From an uncultured Pirellulaceae bacterium (GTDB lineage Bacteria > Planctomycetota > Planctomycetia > Pirellulales > Pirellulaceae), in assembly GCA_964582025.1 (NCBI GenBank), contig CAZORS010000001.1, forward strand, positions 14,398 to 78,397: 64,000 nucleotides of DNA, given 5' to 3'. A model generated the notes under the pieces. It was given only the letters and a program-made list of their open reading frames with translations. It did not search any database and was not told the origin of the DNA. A program made the translations under genes and the position numbers. Positions 38,901-48,236 of this stretch are shown piece after piece. Within the stretch, counting starts at the first letter, position 1. Every line of letters begins with the position of its first letter.

Positions 38901-39944
38901 TTACCTGTTCGTCATTTCCATCATCAATACGTCGTCCAACTTTTTTCGAATGGCATTGAACCGATTCGTCGATTCGCGGAACTGTTTAGCCTTTTCAGAT
39001 TCAAGAGACGCAATTTGCTCTCTGAGTTCGGTGTTGTATGTTTTCGCGCGCTGAAGTTCGGTGCGAGCGGCGTCAATCGACCCAGCAATTTCTTTCAGTA
39101 ACTCATTTTTCTCGCGGAGCTGTGCCTTTAGTCTTTTGTTCTCTGCTGTAAGCGACTGGCGAGTTTCAAGCAGCGCCATGTTCTCTGTCTTAAGTCTCAA
39201 GACTCGTTGCGTCGCGGTTTCTTGTTGGTCGAACTGTTGCTGAGTCAGGTTGTTGTTTTGATACTGGCCTGATCCGTATTGTCCGTTCTGGCGAGTTGAG
39301 ATCGCCGGATTCGGTGGCTCATACTGCGGAACGGGAGGCGCAAATTCCTGCGCTGGAATTTGATTGACTTGCATCGGTGGTTCACGATAGCGTTCGCTTG
39401 TTGGCGGTCGCAAGTAGTTTTCACTCGAGATAATCTGTCGAGCGTCTTGTCGTGGTAACTGTCGATCCGGGTTGCGATATTCATCTCTTGGTTCAAGATG
39501 CGGACGCTGGGAGCGGCTGTCATTTTGATGTTGAGGTTGTCGATATTCGAGATCTTGATTGTATTGGGCTTGCGACGCACGTTGATACTCGTTGGGTCGA
39601 GTGCTTGATTCGTATTGCTGTAGTCGAATGTCGGATCGTCGTCGCGAGTCATAGTCGTTGGGCAACGACCGGTCGTGTTGACGATATCCGCTGCGATCAT
39701 TTTGAAACGTCCGATAGGCTCCTTCGTTGCCGCTCTCCCCGAATATGCCTTGCTTTATGTTTTTCTTCAGCTTTCGATTTAGATCAGAAAGCTTCTCCAT
39801 CGCAGATTTCTTTCGCGGCTGATCAGAATAACGGTAGTTATCTTGTGCGCATGCGTTTGTGCCAATTGTGCTACAGCAAAGCGCGAGGCACACAAAAAAT
39901 TGAAACACGGCCATTGCCGTCCTACTAGGTGTGATGATCAACAT
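38901..39944 (-). CDS. Exported protein with Gln/Arg-rich disordered middle and C-terminal coiled coil
   Basis: Signal-peptide-like segment ending ACA-Q; heptad-rich C-terminus; start uncertain. Confidence 0.6.
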   Translation of the reverse strand: MLIITPSRTAMAVFQFFVCLALCCSTIGTNACAQDNYRYSDQPRKKSAMEKLSDLNRKLKKNIKQGIFGESGNEGAYRTFQNDRSGYRQHDRSLPNDYDSRRRSDIRLQQYESSTRPNEYQRASQAQYNQDLEYRQPQHQNDSRSQRPHLEPRDEYRNPDRQLPRQDARQIISSENYLRPPTSERYREPPMQVNQIPAQEFAPPVPQYEPPNPAISTRQNGQYGSGQYQNNNLTQQQFDQQETATQRVLRLKTENMALLETRQSLTAENKRLKAQLREKNELLKEIAGSIDAARTELQRAKTYNTELREQIASLESEKAKQFRESTNRFNAIRKKLDDVLMMEMTNR

Positions 39945-39966
39945 GGGTTTACTTTCAGTTTCAATT

Positions 39967-40185
39967 TCAATTTCGATCATCCGAATACACGCATTCGATG
40001 ATGATTTCTTCGCCGCAAGCGCAGGTGATATTGATGGATTCAATCGTTGAGCCGTTTTTGTTTAACTTGAGTTTCGTTTCCTTGCGGTGGTCGGCATTGC
40101 GGCCAACACGAACCCGGGACTGGATCATTGCGGATGGGGCGATGCGTGAATCGCTTAATGAATTGGTTTGAGTCGGAGAGTTCAT
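39967..40185 (-). CDS. Small hypothetical protein with a CxC motif
   Basis: 72 aa, IESINITCACGEEIIIECVY; AGGA RBS; co-oriented after fliA. Confidence 0.6.
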   Translation of the reverse strand: MNSPTQTNSLSDSRIAPSAMIQSRVRVGRNADHRKETKLKLNKNGSTIESINITCACGEEIIIECVYSDDRN

Positions 40186-40249
40186 TGTTTTAAATCCTGA
40201 ATTTAAGATTTAGTTGCTGTTTCGGAATGATGTTGAGTTGGTTGGGTGA

Positions 40250-40960
40250 TCAGCTGAGGTCGGCGAGTACGAGTTCTTTTAACCTGAATTTGGCGGAGGC
40301 TAAGATCCTCGAAACTCGAGATTCTGACAGTTCGAGCACAGCCCCGATTTCGACAAGCTTCAGCCCTTCTGTAAAGTAAAGCGTTACCACAAGTCTTTCC
40401 GTCTCCGGCAATGCCTGAATTGAATTGGCCAACAACTGCTTCATTTCAAGTTTCTCTAGTTTTCGTTCGGGGGCAGATTCTTCTGATTTCCAACTTTGAT
40501 GTACGACGCTCGAAAGGTCGTTCCAGTCCTCTGGTTCCAAGAATCGCATCGCCTCCAATGAAGCGGCGACTTGTTCCAAGCTCAATTTCGTTTTCTCTGC
40601 CAACAATTCTGGGGGTACTGGAGGCTCGAGTTGTTGCCACGCTTTCTTAATCATTCCGATTTGTCGTAGCATTTGTTGTGAAACTGGGGCTAGTTTCCGC
40701 AACTCATCGATAATGGCTCCTCGGATGCGCGGGTATGCAAACGTCCGAAAAGGAATTCCGAGCGAGACATCGAAACTGTTCGCTGACTCTATCAGACCAA
40801 CCATCCCGGCAGAATTGAGATTTTCACGTTCGTCAGGATCACTTGTCGCCACCGTCATCGTGCTTAAGATCTTTCCGACGTAGTCGATGTTCTCAAGAAT
40901 CAGACTTTCCCGATTTGCATCAGTGGAAGTGCGTTTGTAAACATTGGTTCCGGAATTCAT
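40250..40960 (-). CDS. fliA: FliA/WhiG-family sigma factor (sigma28)
   Basis: GMVGLIE, FRTFAYPRIRGAIIDELRK, EIGAVLELSESRVSRI. Confidence 0.88.
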   Translation of the reverse strand: MNSGTNVYKRTSTDANRESLILENIDYVGKILSTMTVATSDPDERENLNSAGMVGLIESANSFDVSLGIPFRTFAYPRIRGAIIDELRKLAPVSQQMLRQIGMIKKAWQQLEPPVPPELLAEKTKLSLEQVAASLEAMRFLEPEDWNDLSSVVHQSWKSEESAPERKLEKLEMKQLLANSIQALPETERLVVTLYFTEGLKLVEIGAVLELSESRVSRILASAKFRLKELVLADLS

Positions 40961-41031
40961 GGACGTGCTGTACTGGTAATGTGGTTTGGAATCTTGCCGA
41001 TACGTTTAGGGGGTGTTGCGTGTTGGATGGC

Positions 41032-41262
41032 TTAAGGCTTACTGTTTGCCGTTCGAATGACTCCTAGGCCAAGCGAAACCAGCACGCCCATCAGAACGGC
41101 AGATAGTCCCGCTCGTAGTAGCACTGCGAGCGGTTCGACGTCGGAGAACACGCCTATCAACGTTACGACGCAAGCTGTAAGCATGGCGGTCAATAGGCCT
41201 ACAGGACGTTGCTTCTGTTTGCGTCGCTGGCGGTTTCGTCTATCAATGAGAATCTGGTTCAT
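41032..41262 (-). CDS. Small two-TM membrane protein
   Basis: 76 aa with two hydrophobic segments; ATGA overlap with flhA. Confidence 0.6.
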   Translation of the reverse strand: MNQILIDRRNRQRRKQKQRPVGLLTAMLTACVVTLIGVFSDVEPLAVLLRAGLSAVLMGVLVSLGLGVIRTANSKP

Positions 41263-43421
41263 TGTTTAATCTCCGGGGGCATCTTCTCTTCTGTTTCTTT
41301 CGACAGGAACGAAAGATCGGGGTCGGGTTCTGAATCGTCGAGGATCTCGCTGTAGCGAACGATGTTCACGGATTCGATCAGCATGCCATTCGGGATTTCG
41401 CTGTAGGCGATAACCGAAAGGTCTGGGAGCGAACGAAAAATCGTTTGGCGTAGCGAGTTTCGAATCGAAGAATCCACTAAGATTGCAGCAGGTTCATCCT
41501 TGATTCTGGATGCTTCCCATTTGGTTTGCAGGCTCTGCACCAAACGTTCAAGGTTGTGCGGTTGCAGCACAATCGAATTGTTCTGACTTAGTTGACGCAG
41601 TTGATGTTCGAGGCGAGGTTCTAGGATGATGACCCGAACGCGGCCCTCGGAATCTCTGAATCGATCGCAGATCAAATGACCGATGCTGCCTCGAATTTTT
41701 TCAGTCAGCTGTATCAAGTCCTTGTTTTGTGGCCCGTGGTGGATGGCTGATTCAACAATCTTCTGCAGCGATGTGATCGGAATCCCCTCCGACAGCAATC
41801 GAACGAGGACTTGATGGAGCACAGCTGGACGCACGGTGTCGGGCTTCAATTCCTCAACCGTTGTTGGTGCGATTTCTTTGAGGTTGTCCAACATCCTCTG
41901 TAAATCTTCTCGGCTCAACAATTCATGAGCATGCATTCGCAAGCATTCTCCCAGATGAGTGATCAATACCGTCGGTGCATCGACGACAGTGAAGCCCACC
42001 ATCTCGGCACGGCGACGACTTCCCTCGCTGATCCATTTTGCTGGAAGGTCAAACGCTGGATCACGAGTGTCGACCCCTTCGATCTCAACCTTGACTGTGC
42101 CTGGATTGATGGCCAAAAACTGATCAACAATTAGTTCTCCTCGCGAAACTTCACGTCCCGAAATCAGGAAACGATACTCTGATACGTTGATCTGCAAGTT
42201 GTCACGAATTCGAGCCTGAGGAATCCAGAAGCCATGTTCTGTAGCGGCGTCTTCTCGCATTTTCGCGATTCGGTCTGCGATGCCATTCCCTTTTTCCGGT
42301 TCGATAAGTGGGATCAGGCCTGCACCAATTTCGATGACGATACGATCGTTTTGCAAAAATTGATTTAAGCTCTGCTGCTCTTGAGACTCAATCGATTCGA
42401 CTTCTTCAGTTTGCTTATTTTCTGCGTCAACTCGTTCTTGTTCTTCTGTTTCTTCTTGCCGTTTGGTGCGCGACACGAAAATCAAAATTCCGCCTCCGAT
42501 CATCATGAAGGGAAGCTTTGGAAACCCTGGCGTGAACGCAATCAGGAACATGATGATCGCACCAATGAACAAAGACTGGTGACCGCGTTTAACTTGAGAA
42601 TTGATTTCGTCGCCAAGGCTCGATTCCGAAGCAGATTTCGTTACAAGGATACCGGCGCTGGTGGCGATGATGAGTGCTGGGATTTGCGAAACGAGCCCAT
42701 CGCCAATGGTGAGAATGGAGTAGACCTGCAAGGCATCGAACATCGATTGTCCGTCGCCCATTCCAAGCGTTACGCCGCCGATAATATTGACGACCATGAT
42801 GACCAGTCCTGCGATCGCGTCACCACGAACGTACTTACTGGCACCGTCCATCGCTCCGTAGAATTCGGCTTCCCGCGTTAACGTTGAGCGGCGTTCTTTT
42901 GCCTCGGATTCGCTGATCGCGCCGGCGTTGAGCTCGGCATCGATCGCCATTTGCTTTCCGGGCATCGCATCGAGAGTGAATCTTGCGTTGACTTCCGAGA
43001 TTCGGGTGGCACCTTTGGTGATCACGATAAACTGGATCGTGACCAGAATCAGAAAGATCACGATTCCGACAATCAGTTTACCACCGACCACAAAGTCACC
43101 AAACGTAAGCACGATTTTACCGGCGTCGCCATCGAGCAAAATCAATCGAGTCGTCGCGACGTTAAGCGACAGTCGAAAAAGAGTTAGCAACAGCAACATG
43201 GATGGAAATACAGAAACATCCAATGGCCGTTTGGCTCCCAGCGTTATCAGCAGCAACATGACGGCGGCCGCAATGTTGCATGCCAAAAACATGTCCAACA
43301 GAATTGTCGGCAGTGGAATGATCAATACGACAAGCGTCATCAAAAACGTAGCCGAGAGCCACGTTTCGCTGCGTTGCATGAATCCAAAGTTTGGATCTTG
43401 AGATGTAATTGCGTTACTCAT
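41259..43421 (-). CDS. flhA: Flagellar export protein FlhA
   Basis: FPSMLLLLTLFRLSLNVATTR, RFTLDAMPGKQMAIDAEL, FYGAMDGASK, LTIGDGLVSQIP. Confidence 0.96.
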   Translation of the reverse strand: MSNAITSQDPNFGFMQRSETWLSATFLMTLVVLIIPLPTILLDMFLACNIAAAVMLLLITLGAKRPLDVSVFPSMLLLLTLFRLSLNVATTRLILLDGDAGKIVLTFGDFVVGGKLIVGIVIFLILVTIQFIVITKGATRISEVNARFTLDAMPGKQMAIDAELNAGAISESEAKERRSTLTREAEFYGAMDGASKYVRGDAIAGLVIMVVNIIGGVTLGMGDGQSMFDALQVYSILTIGDGLVSQIPALIIATSAGILVTKSASESSLGDEINSQVKRGHQSLFIGAIIMFLIAFTPGFPKLPFMMIGGGILIFVSRTKRQEETEEQERVDAENKQTEEVESIESQEQQSLNQFLQNDRIVIEIGAGLIPLIEPEKGNGIADRIAKMREDAATEHGFWIPQARIRDNLQINVSEYRFLISGREVSRGELIVDQFLAINPGTVKVEIEGVDTRDPAFDLPAKWISEGSRRRAEMVGFTVVDAPTVLITHLGECLRMHAHELLSREDLQRMLDNLKEIAPTTVEELKPDTVRPAVLHQVLVRLLSEGIPITSLQKIVESAIHHGPQNKDLIQLTEKIRGSIGHLICDRFRDSEGRVRVIILEPRLEHQLRQLSQNNSIVLQPHNLERLVQSLQTKWEASRIKDEPAAILVDSSIRNSLRQTIFRSLPDLSVIAYSEIPNGMLIESVNIVRYSEILDDSEPDPDLSFLSKETEEKMPPEIKQ

Positions 43422-43434
43422 TTTGGACCAAACA

Positions 43435-44166
43435 TCATCCAGTAACGAAACTGGAAACAAGCGACTTACAAATCAAACTCCATCCGTCGACCATCACGAA
43501 CAACAAAATCTTGCATGGTGTGGACACGACCACTGGCGGCATCATCATCATTCCCAGTGACATCAAAATGGTTGAGACCACCAAGTCGATGAGCAAGAAC
43601 GGAATGTAGATGCAAAACCCCATGATGAACGCGGTCTTCAGTTCACTAACAATGAATGCAGGTACGACGATCTTTAATGGCGATTCGAGACGTTCGTACG
43701 GTGGCTCCGTTTCGGAGAGGTCAAAGAAAAGTTCGAGATCGTCGGTGCGAGTGTTGGCCATCATGAACATTTTCAACTCGACGACGGTGATATCCCAAGC
43801 TTGTTGGAAGTCGAACGTGGGCGTCGCTTCCGGGTCAGCTTCGGCAATTTTTTGCGCTTCGAGCAGTGGCTGCACGGCTTTTTCGTTAATGGCTTCAAAG
43901 GTGGGTGCCATTACGAACAGCGTCAAAAAAAGCGCTAAGCCGAGCATCACTGGATTCGGCGGAATCTCCTGCATCGAAAGAGCTCGGCGCACAAAAGACA
44001 GCACGATAATGATTCGCGTAAAAGCTGTGACGCTGACCATTAACGCCGTTGCGAATCCAAGAGCTCCCAGCAGAAGCGCTATTTGCATCGGCGGCGTCAG
44101 ATTCGAAAGAACTCCCGGGTCCGGGGTCTCCGCTTGAGCCAGCATCGAGACGAAGAGATGATTCAT
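43435..44166 (-). CDS. fliP: Flagellar export protein FliP
   Basis: TAFTRIIIVLS, PPNPV, PAFIVSELKTAF, LMSLGMMMMPP, LFVMVDGW. Confidence 0.96.
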   Translation of the reverse strand: MNHLFVSMLAQAETPDPGVLSNLTPPMQIALLLGALGFATALMVSVTAFTRIIIVLSFVRRALSMQEIPPNPVMLGLALFLTLFVMAPTFEAINEKAVQPLLEAQKIAEADPEATPTFDFQQAWDITVVELKMFMMANTRTDDLELFFDLSETEPPYERLESPLKIVVPAFIVSELKTAFIMGFCIYIPFLLIDLVVSTILMSLGMMMMPPVVVSTPCKILLFVMVDGWSLICKSLVSSFVTG

Positions 44167-45047
44167 GCGTTGCCTTTCTTTGAAGACAACTTTGATGCAG
44201 CGGCTGAACGGTTAGCGCTATCCAGAAGCATTTTGATCAGCCGATCGTCAACGACGCCGTAGCTCGAGTCTTGCGGCGGTGTTTTCTTTGCAGTTGGCCG
44301 ACTTCGCGATGGGCTCGGAACCTTTTCTGGCTCAGATTCCCGTTCTTCAAATTCGGTTTCGACTTGGTCGAGCGTGTCAGAAAAGTTCGGCGTCAACGCG
44401 ACCATCGATCGGACACCGGTGGCGTCACTGGCAACGAGAATTTCAGAGTCCTTCCATTGAATCACTCGAATCGATGTTTTGCCTTCGAGCACGAGTTCCT
44501 CTGTGACTCGCAACGACGACGTATGGTCAGACGATTCCTTTTTCAACGAAGCTTGCGGCTTAAGCCATTGCTTTGAGATCACAATGAAGCCAATTCCAAC
44601 CAGCAATACAAATGCTAGATTCATCCCCATGTTCGCGATTAACTTGCCGAAGCTCTGCTTTTTTGGCACGGCTTTGGTTGAGGGCGAAGTGTCTGCCTGT
44701 CCTTGTTTTTCTCGTTGGATGAAGTTTGGTTTCTTTGCCATGTCGCTTGTTGCTTCATCGTTGTAGCTCGCGATGGCGCGAACATCACCCGTGGTCCAGC
44801 CGTCACGAGGAGCTTCCGCTCTCAACGGTGCTTGATCGAAGTTCATGCGAACGACGTTATTGTCGTATCGTGGCGTTGCTGGCTGGGAGGAGAGAATTCG
44901 ATCGACCGCGGTGGCGGGCTGGGTTGATGTTCTTAGAGTTTGGGCGTGCGTCGAAGAGGCCATCGATGTTGCAGCCACAGCCAATGCGAACGCTAAACCT
45001 GTGCAGTGGCAGATGAATCGTTGAGTTTGATTTGGAGCGAATTTCAT
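44163..45047 (-). CDS. fliO: FliO-like flagellar protein with N-terminal extension
   Basis: Lies between fliN and fliP; single TM followed by a FliO-like beta region. Confidence 0.55.
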   Translation of the reverse strand: MKFAPNQTQRFICHCTGLAFALAVAATSMASSTHAQTLRTSTQPATAVDRILSSQPATPRYDNNVVRMNFDQAPLRAEAPRDGWTTGDVRAIASYNDEATSDMAKKPNFIQREKQGQADTSPSTKAVPKKQSFGKLIANMGMNLAFVLLVGIGFIVISKQWLKPQASLKKESSDHTSSLRVTEELVLEGKTSIRVIQWKDSEILVASDATGVRSMVALTPNFSDTLDQVETEFEERESEPEKVPSPSRSRPTAKKTPPQDSSYGVVDDRLIKMLLDSANRSAAASKLSSKKGNA

Positions 45048-45128
45048 GGTTTCAATTCATTCAGCGGCTCAATTTCCTTTGCCGGAAAGCAACATTTGAC
45101 TTTCCTGAATAGCAGAGATTCATTTGCT

Positions 45129-45605
45129 TTAAGTTGGGTTTGCGTAGATTTCTTTGATGCGGATCGCAAAGGAGTCGTCGACAACCACGACTTCGCCGTT
45201 GCCGAGCGGGATTCCCTGTGCGACTAATTCGATCGGTGAGCTTATACTTCGATCCAGCTCGAACACGGACCCTTCCGACAAACCCAAAAGTGTTTGAATG
45301 GGAACGCTGGTCCTGCCAAGTTCAGCCGCAACGGTGACTTCAACGTCATACAACCGATTGATTTCGCCCTTTGCACCGGCTGGATTTGGTGTGGCCTTTA
45401 AGTCAGGAAACTCTGGCGTCCGAACGTTTTCGTCAGGCTCGGGCGACGCGTCATCGGCCGCGTTGTCGGATGTTTCATCAGTCGATTCAGCGTTGTCGTC
45501 TGTGGACGTTTCGTTAGTCGGTTCATCCGTAGCGTCTGGCGTCGAATCTTCAGCATTCGCATCTTCAACGTCAGGGGATTCTTCTGGGGGTGTTTCGTCA
45601 GCCAT
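45129..45605 (-). CDS. fliN: Flagellar switch protein FliN
   Basis: LYDVEVTVAAELGRT...GSVFELD...GEVVVVDDSFAIRI (SpoA domain). Confidence 0.9.
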   Translation of the reverse strand: MADETPPEESPDVEDANAEDSTPDATDEPTNETSTDDNAESTDETSDNAADDASPEPDENVRTPEFPDLKATPNPAGAKGEINRLYDVEVTVAAELGRTSVPIQTLLGLSEGSVFELDRSISSPIELVAQGIPLGNGEVVVVDDSFAIRIKEIYANPT

Positions 45606-45647
45606 GTTGGCAAACCTCTTTTAGTGATTGAATTGAGTCGGTGCTTT

Positions 45648-46523
45648 CTAGTTGTCGATGCTTGTGGAACTAAGGCAATTTGAAATTTCAAGTCCAATGG
45701 TCTCTCCGACTTTGCCCGGCCAACATTTGAAGAAAGGTCGGCCATCAATTGATGCAACAATTGGTTGGTCAATCTTTTGATCTAAATGGACGATGTCGCC
45801 GACGGCGATGTTTGCCAGTCGCCGCATCGACATGTTTGCATGGCCCAGCAAACCAATAATCTCAATGGGCAGTTGTTCCACGACCGCTTCTGGGCTGCTC
45901 TTGGGCCCCAATGGTTTGCGTCGATCGGTGACCTCTTCAAGCAGAACAGACATTTGTTGCTTCTTTGAAATCCAATTGATGGTTACTTCGCCTCGAGAGA
46001 GCGGGACCAGCAGGCTGCTTGTGATGACGAGATCTTTGTTTCGGCACAGACGAACGCGTTTTGGATTCACTAACAATGAGTTGATTTCAAAAGTCAGTTG
46101 TTCCGTTCCGAGCCATCCTTGTTTTACTGAAAGAGCCAAAGTGTCAAAAAATGTTCTTGCCAGAACAAGCTCCAGTTCCGTCAATGCTCTTTCATCGATT
46201 TCTGCGGATGTCGGTACGCCAAGTAATTCGGCGACAAGTCGATGAGCATCTTCCTGTGAAACGTGCCAAATGGATTGCGACTGTTCGTCAACGATATTGA
46301 AAACGCAACAAACGTTGTCCACAGGAACATCCTTAACGGCTGCCTCCAGCGACTGCGTGCGGAAATCGTTGGTTGTCAGACTGACTTCCGAGTTGGCAAT
46401 CTCGCTCCAGTTGTCGGAAAACGTTTGGGACGCCTTGGAGATCCAAGTGCGAAACGCGCTTGCTGAATCGTCGGCGCCACCGGCCTTGCGAAAGTCGTAT
46501 GCAACGTATTCTGGTTCGCTCAT
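45648..46523 (-). CDS. fliM: Flagellar switch protein FliM (no N-terminal CheY-binding peptide)
   Basis: Starts at the YDF motif; CheC-like middle; C-terminal SpoA (VGDIVHLD); between fliL and fliN. Confidence 0.8.
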   Translation of the reverse strand: MSEPEYVAYDFRKAGGADDSASAFRTWISKASQTFSDNWSEIANSEVSLTTNDFRTQSLEAAVKDVPVDNVCCVFNIVDEQSQSIWHVSQEDAHRLVAELLGVPTSAEIDERALTELELVLARTFFDTLALSVKQGWLGTEQLTFEINSLLVNPKRVRLCRNKDLVITSSLLVPLSRGEVTINWISKKQQMSVLLEEVTDRRKPLGPKSSPEAVVEQLPIEIIGLLGHANMSMRRLANIAVGDIVHLDQKIDQPIVASIDGRPFFKCWPGKVGETIGLEISNCLSSTSIDN

Positions 46524-47050
46524 TGGATCTTAAAGTCGCTAAACAGAATGTCTTCAATTCGTTCGATGCCGTCTGTAAAAAGCATCTCATTGAATTTCCC
46601 ATGGATCTCACGTCGGAGCAGGTTGTGGCCATACTTGCCCCGGACTTCGTCAAGTGTTTTGTCGCGTAGATGTGCAATCAACCAGTTTTTCAACAAAGCG
46701 TTCTTTTCTTCAACCAGCTTGGTAAGCGCTTCCGTCTGCGACTTGGAGACTTGAAGCGAGAGTGTGCAGTTGACGTATCGTGAAGCCCGCGGATCATTCA
46801 GATTGGCGACGACTTCATCGAATTCAATGAACGCCTTTTCGTCGACAGGCTCCGGGAAGTCCATCAGCTTCACGCCGACGACGCCCGGATTCTGGACATC
46901 GCTGTCGTCGTCTGGTGTGCTGCCCGATAACATTGGTGCGGCAAACCCTGCTCCGGCTCCCAGAGCAAAGATGACACCCCACATGATGAGCTTGCCCATC
47001 AAGCCAGGCTTCTTCTCAGATGTTTCAGCGCTTTCGGTTTCTTCAGCCAT
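46520..47050 (-). CDS. fliL: Flagellar basal-body protein FliL
   Basis: N-terminal TM, VANLND...RY, ILFSDFKIQ. Confidence 0.88.
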   Translation of the reverse strand: MAEETESAETSEKKPGLMGKLIMWGVIFALGAGAGFAAPMLSGSTPDDDSDVQNPGVVGVKLMDFPEPVDEKAFIEFDEVVANLNDPRASRYVNCTLSLQVSKSQTEALTKLVEEKNALLKNWLIAHLRDKTLDEVRGKYGHNLLRREIHGKFNEMLFTDGIERIEDILFSDFKIQ

Positions 47051-47386
47051 TGTATTGACGCACTTTGTTTGAACACGTTGACGAATGACTCGTCACGATG
47101 CGGACTGGATGAACGAGCAAGCAATACCTATTCGGTTGTTCGGCGCAATGCAACTGCAACCCTACAACGACGCTAGTTCGCCTGACACTAATTATTGTTA
47201 GAGTCGTAAAGGGCTATCGGCGATGCATCGAGATCACTTGAGATCAGCGTTTGGAAAATAGTTGCCACCACAGCGCACTTCTTTCCCGTTTTGATCGCTA
47301 CCACTTTTGATGTTTCGCAACTTTAAAAATCGCCGACGCGATCATTCACGTAGGTAACGATCGTTGTGCGAAGTTTCGTTACCTGT

Positions 47387-47401
47387 TGGCATACGTTTTG
47401 C
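47387..47401 (+). promoter_or_regulatory. Sigma54 (-24/-12) promoter for the flgF operon
   Basis: TGGCAT-ACGTT-TTGC, exact GG-N10-GC, about 87 nt upstream of the flgF ATG. Confidence 0.7.
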
Positions 47402-47487
47402 GACTGGTATTCGGTTCGGCCTGAACACTCGCAATTCCTAGGGCCATTTGCTAAACGTCGATCTCGTTATGGTCAGGATAAAACGAA

Positions 47488-48204
47488 ATGATTCGTGGTT
47501 TGTACAACGGTGCGGCTGCTTTGGATGTCATCGCCAAGCAGCAGGAATTTATTTCCTCCAACCTCGCGAACCTAAATACGAGTGGCCATCGGATGGCGCA
47601 GCTCGTCGTCACTCAGAGGGAGAACCCGCAGCCAGACAGCATCTTCAATGAGCAGGGTCCGGAAGTTTTGGAAGTCCACACAAGCTTTGAAAATGGACGG
47701 CTTCATCAAACAGGTCGGCCACTCGATGCGAGTCTCGTTGGCGACGGATTCTTTTCTTTTGAAAGTCCAACCGGGACTGTCTATTCGCGTAGCGGACAGT
47801 TTTATCGCAACGGCGAGTCTGGCACGTTGGTGAATTCGGAGGGACTGGCGGTGCTTGGCGAGGGCGGTCCGATCACGATTCCGGAAGATGTTGGCGATCG
47901 TGAAATCGTGATCAATGGTGACGGAACCATCACAGGCGACGGGCAGGAGTTTGGGAAGCTCGCCGTTGTCGCATTCACCGACAATCAATCACTCATACGC
48001 GTAAGTCAGTCAATCTTCAAAGCCGGGGAAGATTCTGTCCCGACCGATTCTGAAGCCGTGGTCACACAATTCAACCAAGAGTATTCCAACGGCAATCCAG
48101 TCTCGCAAATGATCTCAATGATTATCGGCACGAGGCACTACGAAGCCGTCCAGAAGGCATCGAAGACGATTTCCGATTCACTGCGAGAACACATTCGGGC
48201 TTAA
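47488..48204 (+). CDS. flgF: Flagellar rod protein FlgF
   Basis: NLANLNTSG, TGRPLD..L.GDGFF, SNGNPV..M..MI; upstream of flgG. Confidence 0.85.
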   Translation: MIRGLYNGAAALDVIAKQQEFISSNLANLNTSGHRMAQLVVTQRENPQPDSIFNEQGPEVLEVHTSFENGRLHQTGRPLDASLVGDGFFSFESPTGTVYSRSGQFYRNGESGTLVNSEGLAVLGEGGPITIPEDVGDREIVINGDGTITGDGQEFGKLAVVAFTDNQSLIRVSQSIFKAGEDSVPTDSEAVVTQFNQEYSNGNPVSQMISMIIGTRHYEAVQKASKTISDSLREHIRA

Positions 48205-48236
48205 TCACCGAACCAACCGTTAAGGACCCCATCAAG

